Position numbers and translations under genes: made by a program. This document shows positions 9,948 to 18,254 of a DNA stretch of 32,000 nucleotides, in pieces. The stretch spans positions 1,830,001 through 1,862,000 of the forward strand of contig NZ_CP089977.1 of NCBI RefSeq assembly GCF_025643275.1, read 5' to 3'. Below the pieces are notes generated by a model. It did not search any database. It saw only the letters and a list, made by a program, of their open reading frames with translations, and had not been told where the DNA came from. How positions within the stretch are numbered: position 1 is the first letter of the stretch; each line of letters opens with the position of its first letter. The stretch is from Moraxella nasicaprae. Lineage in GTDB: Bacteria > Pseudomonadota > Gammaproteobacteria > Pseudomonadales > Moraxellaceae.

Positions 9948-10065
9948 CACAAAAGAGAATGACTTTCTTTTAAGATTTTATTCAACCAATGAGCACGATT
10001 GATTTTATCAATAAATCAATCACATGAGTCAATTAGGACGACAGTAGATATAGCGAGTTTGCCTT

Positions 10066-10260
10066 ATGTATGTTTGTATTTGCCACGATGTCAAAGATAC
10101 TCAGATTAAAACAGCCTTACAGCAAGGTGTGAATGGTATGCAGGGTTTGCAAGAAAGCCTGTCAGTTGGCACTTGTTGTGGCTGCTGCATACCCATGGTG
10201 CAGGATTTATTAGATGAACATCAAGCCAACTTTATCGCCATTGATGTGATGGCGGGTTAG
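10066..10260 (+). CDS. bfd: Bacterioferritin-associated ferredoxin (BFD-like 2Fe-2S)
   Basis: 64 aa with the pattern MYVCICHDV...GTCCGCC, typical of Bfd, located next to bfr genes. Confidence 0.9.
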   Translation: MYVCICHDVKDTQIKTALQQGVNGMQGLQESLSVGTCCGCCIPMVQDLLDEHQANFIAIDVMAG

Positions 10261-10390
10261 TTTATCATTTTGTAAATAATATTGCTGTATTATTTCTAAT
10301 AGACAAGCAAACCAAGATGGCTTTGGCTCATTTTACTGGATTTGGCATCATTTATTTTTTTAACCAATAATTATTCTTATTTAAATTTTT

Positions 10391-10409
10391 TTAAATGATA
10401 GTCATTATT
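10391..10409. promoter_or_regulatory. Fur-like box between bfd and the bfr genes
   Basis: By my count ttaaatgatagtcattatt matches 14 of 19 Fur consensus positions. It overlaps a TTGATT -35 hexamer (10408-10413). Confidence 0.45.
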
Positions 10410-10442
10410 GATTAAATTTTCATCAATTTATAAATTTTTATA

Positions 10443-10511
10443 ATAAAATCAGAAACTTAGCTTTTTCTCCTTCCACCCAAACAGTAGCAGCGTTGTTTGG
10501 GTGATTTTTTA
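10443..10511 (+). ncRNA. Candidate short Fur-controlled transcript (sRNA or terminated leader); the 5' end is uncertain
   Basis: Two promoter options: TTGATT-17-TAAATT, or TTTTCA-16-TATAAT at 10439-10444. A CU-rich stretch cuuuuucuccuucc follows. The terminator is CACCCAAACA-loop-TGTTTGGGTG (10474-10503) plus a T6 run. No ORF is present. Confidence 0.3.
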
Positions 10512-10652
10512 TGTCATTTAAGAATTTTTCTTGATTTGCATAGGATTCGCAGTTCTGATTTACTACACATCGATGCTTTATTTTATTTTTTATTATGATA
10601 AGATAATGGCATATTTTTTAATCAATTTACTATTTGTTTTTTGGAGTTTATG

Positions 10653-11147
10653 ATGAAATCATCTCAAAAAGTCATCGATTATCTAAATTTTTTGTTGGCA
10701 GGCGAGCTTGGTGCCAGAGACCAGTATTTCATTCATTCGCAAATGTATGCCGAATGGGAACTGGGCAAGTTGCACGACCGCATCTATCATGAGATGGAAG
10801 ATGAGACGCTACACGCTCGTTTAATCATCAATCGCATCATCATGCTTGGCGGCACACCAAATATGCAGGTTGGTGAGATTAACATCGGTGCTGATGTGCC
10901 AGCCATGCTAAAAAGCGACCTTGACCTAGAATATGCGGTGCAAGAACATCTAAAAGAAGGTATCGCCATTTGCGAGGCAGAGCGTGATTATGTTACTCGT
11001 GATATGTTGGTAGGTCAGCTTGCTGATACCGAACAAGACCATGCTCATTGGCTAGAAAAACAGCTTCGTTTGATTGATTTGATGGGGCTACAAAACTATC
11101 TACAAACCCAAACTGCCGAACCAAACATGGTTGCTTCTGCACACTGA
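10653..11147 (+). CDS. bfr: Bacterioferritin subunit, ferroxidase-competent type (position 52 is Thr, not Met)
   Basis: Aligns with E. coli Bfr. E18, E51, H54, E93/94, E127 and H130 are retained, and the heme ligand M52 is replaced by T. The start at 10653 (MKSSQKV) was chosen for its spacing from the GGAG RBS. Confidence 0.88.
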   Translation: MKSSQKVIDYLNFLLAGELGARDQYFIHSQMYAEWELGKLHDRIYHEMEDETLHARLIINRIIMLGGTPNMQVGEINIGADVPAMLKSDLDLEYAVQEHLKEGIAICEAERDYVTRDMLVGQLADTEQDHAHWLEKQLRLIDLMGLQNYLQTQTAEPNMVASAH

Positions 11148-11162
11148 TTTGGGGAGATTGTA

Positions 11163-11636
11163 ATGAAAGGCGATAAAGAAGTCATTCGTGCATTAAATGC
11201 GGTGCTTGGTCAATCATTGATTGCGATTAACCAGTATTTTTTGCATGCACGCATTGTCAAAAATTGGGGCGTAGAAGAGCTAAATGACGCTTTTTATAAG
11301 CAGTCTATTCAGGAAATGAAATGGTCAGATGAGCTGATTGAACGCATTTTATTGCTTGAAGGTTTGCCAAATCTACAAGAGCTTGGCAAGCTGTTGATTG
11401 GCGAAACAGTCGAAGAGATTTTGGCGTGTGATTTGCGTCTTGAAAATCGTAAGCATGATGTGCTGGTCGATGCCATTGCCCTGTGTGAACAAAAAAGAGA
11501 TTTTGTTTCTCGTCAGATTTTGTGCAAACTCAAAGATGGCAATGAAGAATATGCAGATTGGCTAGAAACACAGCAGGAAAAAATCGAGTCCATCGGTCTG
11601 CAAAACTATATCCAATCGCAAGTTGGCGAAGAATAA
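11163..11636 (+). CDS. bfr: Bacterioferritin subunit, heme-binding type with a degenerate ferroxidase centre
   Basis: MKGDKEVIRALN...NQYFLHAR...IQEMKW. M52 is retained. Positions 18, 54, 127 and 130 are S, W, N and Y instead of E, H, E and H. Confidence 0.88.
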   Translation: MKGDKEVIRALNAVLGQSLIAINQYFLHARIVKNWGVEELNDAFYKQSIQEMKWSDELIERILLLEGLPNLQELGKLLIGETVEEILACDLRLENRKHDVLVDAIALCEQKRDFVSRQILCKLKDGNEEYADWLETQQEKIESIGLQNYIQSQVGEE

Positions 11637-11653
11637 TCACCAATTTGCTACAA

Positions 11654-11686
11654 ACCCAGAGACTTAACAGGTGTCTGGGTTTTTTA
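11654..11686 (+). terminator. Intrinsic terminator after the bfr pair
   Basis: cccagagac/gtgtctggg stem followed by tttttt. Confidence 0.75.
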
Positions 11687-11946
11687 TTTGTGGTATAATG
11701 CGACTGCTGGTTGGTATTATATCCATATTGATAAGTTTGGTATTTAGTAAATAAATGACTAAGCCATTAATATTTTATTTTGGGCATAAACTTTTTTTGC
11801 CAAAACTTTTATAATATTAGCTGTGAAATTCTGATTTGTCGATAATAACAAAACAGAAAAAACTTTGGTGCGTAAACCAGACTTTGGTGTGGGCTTACGC
11901 TTTTTGTTGCACAGTCTGACTGTGTGATGTTTGATTAGGATAAACT

Positions 11947-14691
11947 ATGACAACTTATTATAAAGATTCCGATCATCTTGAAACCCAAGAGTGGCTTGAT
12001 GCGTTTGAATCGGTCATCAAAAGTGCCGATAAAGAACGCGCCCAATTCTTACTAAAAGCCCTATATAATATGGCAGTACAAGAGGGTTTGCCATTCAACC
12101 GTCTTGATACTGCTTATGTCAATACCATTCCTGCCGAAGATGAGCCAAGCTATCCAGGCGATTTACACATGGAACGCAAAATCCGTGCATTGGTGCGTTA
12201 TAACGCCCTAGCGATGGTCATGCGTGCCAACCAAAATGATGATGAACTTGGTGGACACTTGGCGACTTTTGCATCAAGTGCCACTTTGTATGAGACTGGT
12301 TTTAACCACTTTTGGCGTGCACCAAGCGAAAATCACGGCGGCGACATGATTTATTATCAAGGTCATGGTGCACCTGGCATGTATGCTCGTTCTTTCCTAG
12401 AAGGTCGTTTGAGCGAAGAGCAGCTGGTGAATTTCCGTCGTGAAGTTGATGGTAAAGGTCTATCAAGCTATCCGCATCCTTATTTGATGCCTGATTATTG
12501 GCAGTTCCCAACCGTTTCTATGGGTCTTGGGCCTTTGATGTCTATTTATCAAGCTCGCAACCAAAAATACCTAACCAATCGTGGTCTAATTAAAGATGAA
12601 GACCGCAAAGTGTGGGCATTCCTAGGCGATGGCGAGACTGATGAGCCAGAAAGCTTGGGTGCAATTTCGATGGCGGGTCGTGAAAAGCTTGATAATCTGA
12701 TTTGGGTCATCAACTGTAACCTACAACGCCTAGATGGTCCTGTGCGTGGTAATGGCAAAATCATTCAAGAGCTAGAATCAGTATTTCGTGGTGCTGGCTG
12801 GCGTGTGATTAAGGTTATCTGGGGCGACCATTGGGATAGCCTGCTTGCCAAAGACCATACAGGTGCGTTGAAAAAACGCATGGAAGAAGTGGTTGATGGC
12901 GAATATCAGCTATATACCGCTCGTGATGGTGCTTTTGTTCGCAAAGAGTTCTTTGGTAAATATCCAGAACTTGAAGAGATGGCAAAAGATTTGTCTGATG
13001 AAGACATCATGCGTCTAAACCGTGGTGGTCATGACCCTAAAAAAGTCTATGCAGCGTTTAGCGAGGCGATGAAAACCAAAGGTCAGCCAACCGTGATTTT
13101 GGTAAAAACCGTCAAAGGTTATGGTCTATCTAGCCAAATCCAAGCGGTGAACAAGGCTCACCAACTGAAAAAATTGGACGAAAATGGTCTAAAATACTTC
13201 CGTGACCGTTTCGATTTGCCAATCACTGATGAGCAACTAAAAGAATTGCCATTCTATCGCCCAAGCGAAGACAGTGCAGAATACAAATATCTGATGGGTC
13301 GTCGTGAATCATTAGGCGGACATTTGCCAGCTCGTCGCAGTGGTCATATTCCATTGCAGATTCCTGAGTTGTCTATTTTTGACCAAGTGCTACAAGGCTC
13401 AAAAGGCAAAGAGCAATCAACCACCATGGTGTATGTGCGTCTGTTGTCTGCACTACTAAAAGACAAAGCATTGAACAAATATGTCGTGCCAATCGTACCT
13501 GATGAAGCTCGTACCTTTGGTCTTGAAGGTATGTTCCGTCAGCTTGGTATCTACTCATCATCAGGTCAAAACTATGTTGCCGAAGACGCTGAGGCCTTGA
13601 TGGGTTATCGTGAGGCAACCGATGGACACATGCTTGAAGAAGGCATCAATGAAGCAGGTGCAATGAGTGCGTGGATTGCGTTGGCGACCAGCTACTCAAC
13701 CAATGCCTTGCCAATGATTCCAATGTACATCTACTATTCAATGTTTGGTTTCCAACGCATTGGCGACCTAGCTTGGGCAGCAGGTGATTGCCAAGCACAA
13801 GGCTTCTTGTTTGGTGCTACCGCAGGTCGTACAACGCTAAATGGCGAAGGTTTGCAGCACCAAGATGGTCATAGCCACATTCTATTTGGTACAGTACCAA
13901 ACTGCGTGACTTACGATCCATGCTATGGCTATGAGCTGGCTGTTGTGATGCATGATGGTTTGCGTCGTATGTATGGCGAGGGCGAGCGTGTTTATTATTA
14001 CATCACTTTGATGAATGAAAACTACGAACACCCAGCAATGCCACAAGGTGTAGAAGAGGGCATTAAGCGTGGTATGTATCTACTAGAAGACAATGGTTCA
14101 ACACAAGTTCAGCTATTGGGTTCTGGTGTGATTTTGCGTGAAGTACAAAAAGCTGCCAAGATTTTGGCAGAGCAGTTCAACATCAAGGCGAATGTGTGGA
14201 GCGTCACCAGCTTCAACGAACTGACCCGTGATGGCATGGCGTGTGATGACTACAACCGCCTACACCCGCTTGAAGAGCAAAAAACTCCATGGGTAACTCA
14301 ACAGCTTGCACCGCATTCTGGTATTGTTGTTGCAGCGACCGACTACATGCGTAACTATTCAGAGCAAATTCGTGGCTGGTTGCCTGATGCTCGTCCATAT
14401 GTGACTTTGGGTACTGATGGTTTTGGTCGTTCTGACTCTCGTGCCAAATTGCGTAGTTTCTTCAATGTGAATGCTGAACACATTGTGGTTGCAACCTTGA
14501 AAAAACTTGCCGATGAAGGCGAAATCAATGTTCGTTTGGTACAAGACGCAATCAACAGTTTTGAAATCGATGCTGACCAAAAACCAGCATGGCAACCACA
14601 GCCACAATATGATTTCTTCCCAGATGCACCAGCACCAAAACCAGAAACTGCACCACGCCCAGTTCCTGAATTGATTGATGAAGCCCAGTAA
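11947..14691 (+). CDS. aceE: Pyruvate dehydrogenase E1 component
   Basis: 914 aa with full-length AceE similarity, plus a Pro-rich C-terminal tail. Confidence 0.95.
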   Translation: MTTYYKDSDHLETQEWLDAFESVIKSADKERAQFLLKALYNMAVQEGLPFNRLDTAYVNTIPAEDEPSYPGDLHMERKIRALVRYNALAMVMRANQNDDELGGHLATFASSATLYETGFNHFWRAPSENHGGDMIYYQGHGAPGMYARSFLEGRLSEEQLVNFRREVDGKGLSSYPHPYLMPDYWQFPTVSMGLGPLMSIYQARNQKYLTNRGLIKDEDRKVWAFLGDGETDEPESLGAISMAGREKLDNLIWVINCNLQRLDGPVRGNGKIIQELESVFRGAGWRVIKVIWGDHWDSLLAKDHTGALKKRMEEVVDGEYQLYTARDGAFVRKEFFGKYPELEEMAKDLSDEDIMRLNRGGHDPKKVYAAFSEAMKTKGQPTVILVKTVKGYGLSSQIQAVNKAHQLKKLDENGLKYFRDRFDLPITDEQLKELPFYRPSEDSAEYKYLMGRRESLGGHLPARRSGHIPLQIPELSIFDQVLQGSKGKEQSTTMVYVRLLSALLKDKALNKYVVPIVPDEARTFGLEGMFRQLGIYSSSGQNYVAEDAEALMGYREATDGHMLEEGINEAGAMSAWIALATSYSTNALPMIPMYIYYSMFGFQRIGDLAWAAGDCQAQGFLFGATAGRTTLNGEGLQHQDGHSHILFGTVPNCVTYDPCYGYELAVVMHDGLRRMYGEGERVYYYITLMNENYEHPAMPQGVEEGIKRGMYLLEDNGSTQVQLLGSGVILREVQKAAKILAEQFNIKANVWSVTSFNELTRDGMACDDYNRLHPLEEQKTPWVTQQLAPHSGIVVAATDYMRNYSEQIRGWLPDARPYVTLGTDGFGRSDSRAKLRSFFNVNAEHIVVATLKKLADEGEINVRLVQDAINSFEIDADQKPAWQPQPQYDFFPDAPAPKPETAPRPVPELIDEAQ

Positions 14692-14700
14692 TAGGAGAAT

Positions 14701-16347
14701 ATGATGGAAATCAAAGCCCCCGATTTGGGTGTAGAATCAGCCGAAGTGGCAGAAATTATGGTAAAAGTTGGCGATAGCGTCAGCGAAAATGATAACCTTG
14801 TCTTGGTAGAGTCAGATAAAGCGTCGGTAGAAGTACCGTCGCCTGTCTCTGGCACAATCACTGCCGTACATATCAATGTTGGCGATCACATTGGCGAAGG
14901 TTCTGTGCTATTTACAGTAGAGGCTGGCGATTCTGCCAGCACCGCCCCAGCAGCACAAGAAGCTGTCGAACCTACTGCTCCTGTAATTGAAGAAGCTCCT
15001 GCACCAGTTGCCGCACCATCTGCTGCACCAGTTGCCAGCGAAAGCCAAACGCATAATCTGCCTGACTTGGGTGTGGATTCTGCTGAGGTTGCTGAGGTAA
15101 TGGTTGCAGTTGGCGACAGCGTGTCAAATGGTCAGCCATTACTATTGGTAGAATCTGATAAGGCATCAGTCGAAGTGCCAGCACCTGTTGATGGTGTGGT
15201 TGAGAAGATTTTGGTCAATGCTGGCGACAGCGTGTCAAACGGTCAGCCGTTCATCGTGATTAAGTCTGGTTCGGCAGCTGCACCAGCACCAGTAGCCACA
15301 CCTGACCCAGTGGTGCCAGCCAGTGTTTCAGTACCACAAGCTAAGCCAGTAGCACCAGCACCAGCCGCCGCTCCAAAAGCGACTGGCGAAAAATTACCTG
15401 AAAACATCGTGAACGAAAAGGCTCGTGATGTCTATGCAGGTCCTGCGGTGCGTAAATTGGCTCGTCAGCTTGGTGTGGACATCAGCCAAGTGGTGGGTAC
15501 GGCAGCACACGGTCGCATTCTAAAAGAAGATTTGTTTGGCTTTGTCAAAAATATCGTGCAAAATGGCACGCCTGCCAAAGCTGCATCTACTTCAACCAGT
15601 GATGTGCGTTCTGGCTTACCAAATCTGCCTGACATGAGCAATAAAGAGATTTGGGGTGAGATTGAGGAAATTGAACTATCACGCCTACAAAAAGTCTCTA
15701 TCCCACAGCTAAATCTAAATACGCTATTACCGCAGGTAACTCAATTTGATTTGGCGGACATTACTGACACAGAAGCAATGCGTGCCAGCTTAAAAGATAG
15801 CTTTAAGGCACAAGGTGTGAGTTTGACAATTTTGGCATTCATTGTTAAAGCGGTGGCTTATGCACTGACCCAACACCCAAAATTCAACAGTCATGTCTCT
15901 GATGACAATACCAAAATGATTGTGCGTAAGTCGGTGAATATGGGTATTGCAGTTGCAACTGATGATGGTTTGATTGTGCCGGTCATTCGCAATGCACAAG
16001 ATAAAGGCATTCGACAGCTGGCGATTGAGATTGGCGAACTTGCCAAAAAAGCTCGTGATAAAAAACTGACCGCCAAAGAGTTGCAAGGTGCGTCATTCAC
16101 CATCTCATCGCAAGGCAATATGGGTGGTACTTATTTCACACCTTTGGTCAATCACCCACAGGTGGCGATTTTGGGTATTTCAGAAAGTACCTATCAGCCA
16201 CGCTGGAATGGTAAAGAGTTTGAACCTCGTCTAATGTTGCCACTATCGTTGTCTTATGACCATCGCACGATTAACGGTGCGGACGCAGCGGTATTTACCC
16301 GCTATATCGCTACTTTGTTGGCAGACCCACGCCGTATTTTGTTGTAA
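14701..16347 (+). CDS. aceF: Dihydrolipoyllysine acetyltransferase (PDH E2) with two lipoyl domains
   Basis: Two ESDKASVEVP lipoyl motifs, Ala/Pro linkers, an E3-binding segment (PAVRKLARQLGVD) and the catalytic DHRTINGA. The ATG at 14704 is an equally possible start. Confidence 0.95.
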   Translation: MMEIKAPDLGVESAEVAEIMVKVGDSVSENDNLVLVESDKASVEVPSPVSGTITAVHINVGDHIGEGSVLFTVEAGDSASTAPAAQEAVEPTAPVIEEAPAPVAAPSAAPVASESQTHNLPDLGVDSAEVAEVMVAVGDSVSNGQPLLLVESDKASVEVPAPVDGVVEKILVNAGDSVSNGQPFIVIKSGSAAAPAPVATPDPVVPASVSVPQAKPVAPAPAAAPKATGEKLPENIVNEKARDVYAGPAVRKLARQLGVDISQVVGTAAHGRILKEDLFGFVKNIVQNGTPAKAASTSTSDVRSGLPNLPDMSNKEIWGEIEEIELSRLQKVSIPQLNLNTLLPQVTQFDLADITDTEAMRASLKDSFKAQGVSLTILAFIVKAVAYALTQHPKFNSHVSDDNTKMIVRKSVNMGIAVATDDGLIVPVIRNAQDKGIRQLAIEIGELAKKARDKKLTAKELQGASFTISSQGNMGGTYFTPLVNHPQVAILGISESTYQPRWNGKEFEPRLMLPLSLSYDHRTINGADAAVFTRYIATLLADPRRILL

Positions 16348-16354
16348 TTCCCTT

Positions 16355-16386
16355 AAAAAAGGTGGCGTGTGATGCCACCTTTTTTG
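16355..16386 (+). terminator. Intrinsic terminator after aceF
   Basis: aaaaaaGGTGGCgtgtgatGCCACCttttttt. Confidence 0.8.
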
Positions 16387-16429
16387 CAAATTTAACCCAC
16401 AACTTTAACCCATGACTAGGAGCAAAAAG

Positions 16430-16915
16430 ATGAAAAAATCATTGGTTGCCATTGCCTTGGGTACAGCATTATTGACTGCTTGTCAATCTGTACCCGCCAA
16501 ACTAAATCCACTTAGCCCAAAAACACAGGAAACTGCCGTGAGTAATAAGCGTTTTATCAGTGCCTATGATTTTGCAACCACCGTTCAAAGAATTCAACAA
16601 GGTGTGAGTGATAAAGGCATGACGGTGTTTGGTGTGATTGACCATGCCAAAGCTGCCCAAAATGCAGGTCTTAACATGCAACCTGCGGCGGTCATTGTCT
16701 TTGGCAATCCAAAAGCTGGCACGCCACTGATGGTAAAAGACCCTGAATTTGCTTTACAATTACCGCTAAAAGTGCTGGTCACGCAAACCGACAAAGGTGT
16801 CTTGGTGGCAATGACTGATACTAAGGCATTGATTGCAGGTTCAAAAATCAGCTATGCAGAAGTTGAAAACAACCTAGCAAAAGCAGAAATGGTGATTGAA
16901 TCTTTGGTTAAATAA
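16430..16915 (+). CDS. DUF302-domain lipoprotein
   Basis: MKKSLVAIALGTALLTAC lipobox. The DUF302-like core is VIVFGNPKAGTPLM...ALQLPLKVLV. The ATG at 16430 lies 7 nt after a GGAG. Confidence 0.75.
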   Translation: MKKSLVAIALGTALLTACQSVPAKLNPLSPKTQETAVSNKRFISAYDFATTVQRIQQGVSDKGMTVFGVIDHAKAAQNAGLNMQPAAVIVFGNPKAGTPLMVKDPEFALQLPLKVLVTQTDKGVLVAMTDTKALIAGSKISYAEVENNLAKAEMVIESLVK

Positions 16916-16921
16916 CCAAAA

Positions 16922-16954
16922 CAAAAAAGCAGTCAATATTTGGCTGCTTTTTTC
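16922..16954. terminator. Bidirectional terminator between the DUF302 gene (+) and the MFS gene (-)
   Basis: aaaaaAGCAGTCAAtatTTGGCTGCTtttttt. Confidence 0.7.
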
Positions 16955-16959
16955 ATTCA

Positions 16960-18237
16960 TCATTCATCGGTTGTTGGGATTGATTGTGTGTAGAAGCTGA
17001 CAAAGATGGTCAGTAGGGCGATAACCATCAAATACCAAAATGGCGTATAAGATAAATAATAGGCCATGTAACCAAGTATGAATGACAAAAATGCACCCAT
17101 CAAAGCAGGAATGAGACTAAAACTGATGGCTGTGCCACGCAACCGATTTTCAGGCATGAACAGCCGCACTAGCATTGATGGCATGACACCAATCACACCA
17201 CTGGTAAAGCCAATCATGGTTAAAAATAGTAAAATCAGCGAACCATCGTGTTGAATGTGAAAAATAAATAGAGCGGTTTGTAGCAATAAGGCAATGCCAG
17301 TCAATAAAAATAAGCGAGAGACACTGACAAAGTCTGCCAAAAATCCAAAAAAGATACAGCCTGTCATCATCATGATTAGAGTAAAAGCATTGCCAAAATC
17401 AGTAGAAATCAACAGCAAATCAAAGTTTAACTCAATCAATGGCAGTAGCAAGCTAGGTAAGAAGAAAAGTAAACCAATGACAATGGTGGATAATGCCAGA
17501 GCAGGGAAAAAGTTGGTTAAAAATTCTTTGCAAAACAGTCGCTGCCATTCGGAGGGATTGCCACATTCGCCATCGGTGTGCGATAGATGATTGTCTGGCA
17601 TGACAGTCTTTTGACTAAATTTTATTTGCTTGATAAAGGGCAGTAGGATAAACGACACCACGGCAATCAAGACAAACATCAATCGCCAGCTTGATTTTAA
17701 TAATTCAATATGACTAAAATTATTATTTAATATATTCCAGAAAATAATCTGCATTAAAAAACCAAACAGACCGCCTGCCATCGTGATGCTGCATGCTGTT
17801 GCCAATCGTTTGGCGGATATGTTCATGCTGATGATGACCCAAATAAGAGGGAATAATATACCAACCACAAAACCATTAAGAAGTCTTGTAAGCACCAGTA
17901 ATACAGGCGACAGACCGCCCAGCAATGCATGACTTGGTGTCAAAGCCGTCAATAGTGTAATGATACCCAACGCCATCACACCATAGAAAAAAATCTTATT
18001 AAGATGATGACGACCGCCATAGACTGCCAATAAAACTCCGCCTAATAAACTCATCAAGTGTCCGCCAAACACATACCATAGATGAGCATTTTGATTATCT
18101 AGATTGATGAATTGCAACAAAATGCCAATATCCGCCAATCGTGAGAATGCGGCATAATTGAAAAAAATCAAACAATTAACCAATCCAGCCAAACCTATCA
18201 GTTTGGTATGGTGGTTTGATGAAGTTTTAAAGGGCAT
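16960..18237 (-). CDS. MFS-type transporter
   Basis: About 12 predicted hydrophobic helices across the ORF. The ATG at 18235-18237 is preferred. The alternative TTG at 18267 would overlap the PLD stop by 13 nt. Confidence 0.7.
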   Translation of the reverse strand: MPFKTSSNHHTKLIGLAGLVNCLIFFNYAAFSRLADIGILLQFINLDNQNAHLWYVFGGHLMSLLGGVLLAVYGGRHHLNKIFFYGVMALGIITLLTALTPSHALLGGLSPVLLVLTRLLNGFVVGILFPLIWVIISMNISAKRLATACSITMAGGLFGFLMQIIFWNILNNNFSHIELLKSSWRLMFVLIAVVSFILLPFIKQIKFSQKTVMPDNHLSHTDGECGNPSEWQRLFCKEFLTNFFPALALSTIVIGLLFFLPSLLLPLIELNFDLLLISTDFGNAFTLIMMMTGCIFFGFLADFVSVSRLFLLTGIALLLQTALFIFHIQHDGSLILLFLTMIGFTSGVIGVMPSMLVRLFMPENRLRGTAISFSLIPALMGAFLSFILGYMAYYLSYTPFWYLMVIALLTIFVSFYTQSIPTTDE

Positions 18238-18254
18238 CAATGTCTTGTCAATCC

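Noticed and set aside
14701-15260. Internal DNA repeat of about 160 bp within aceF.
   Set aside because: It is explained by the tandem lipoyl domains (two ESDKASVEVP modules) that are normal for E2 proteins.
16348-16429. No lpdA follows aceF, which might suggest a missing E3 gene or a deletion.
   Set aside because: aceEF without an adjacent lpd gene is common in pseudomonads and relatives. A clean terminator follows aceF, and there is no sign of a gene remnant.
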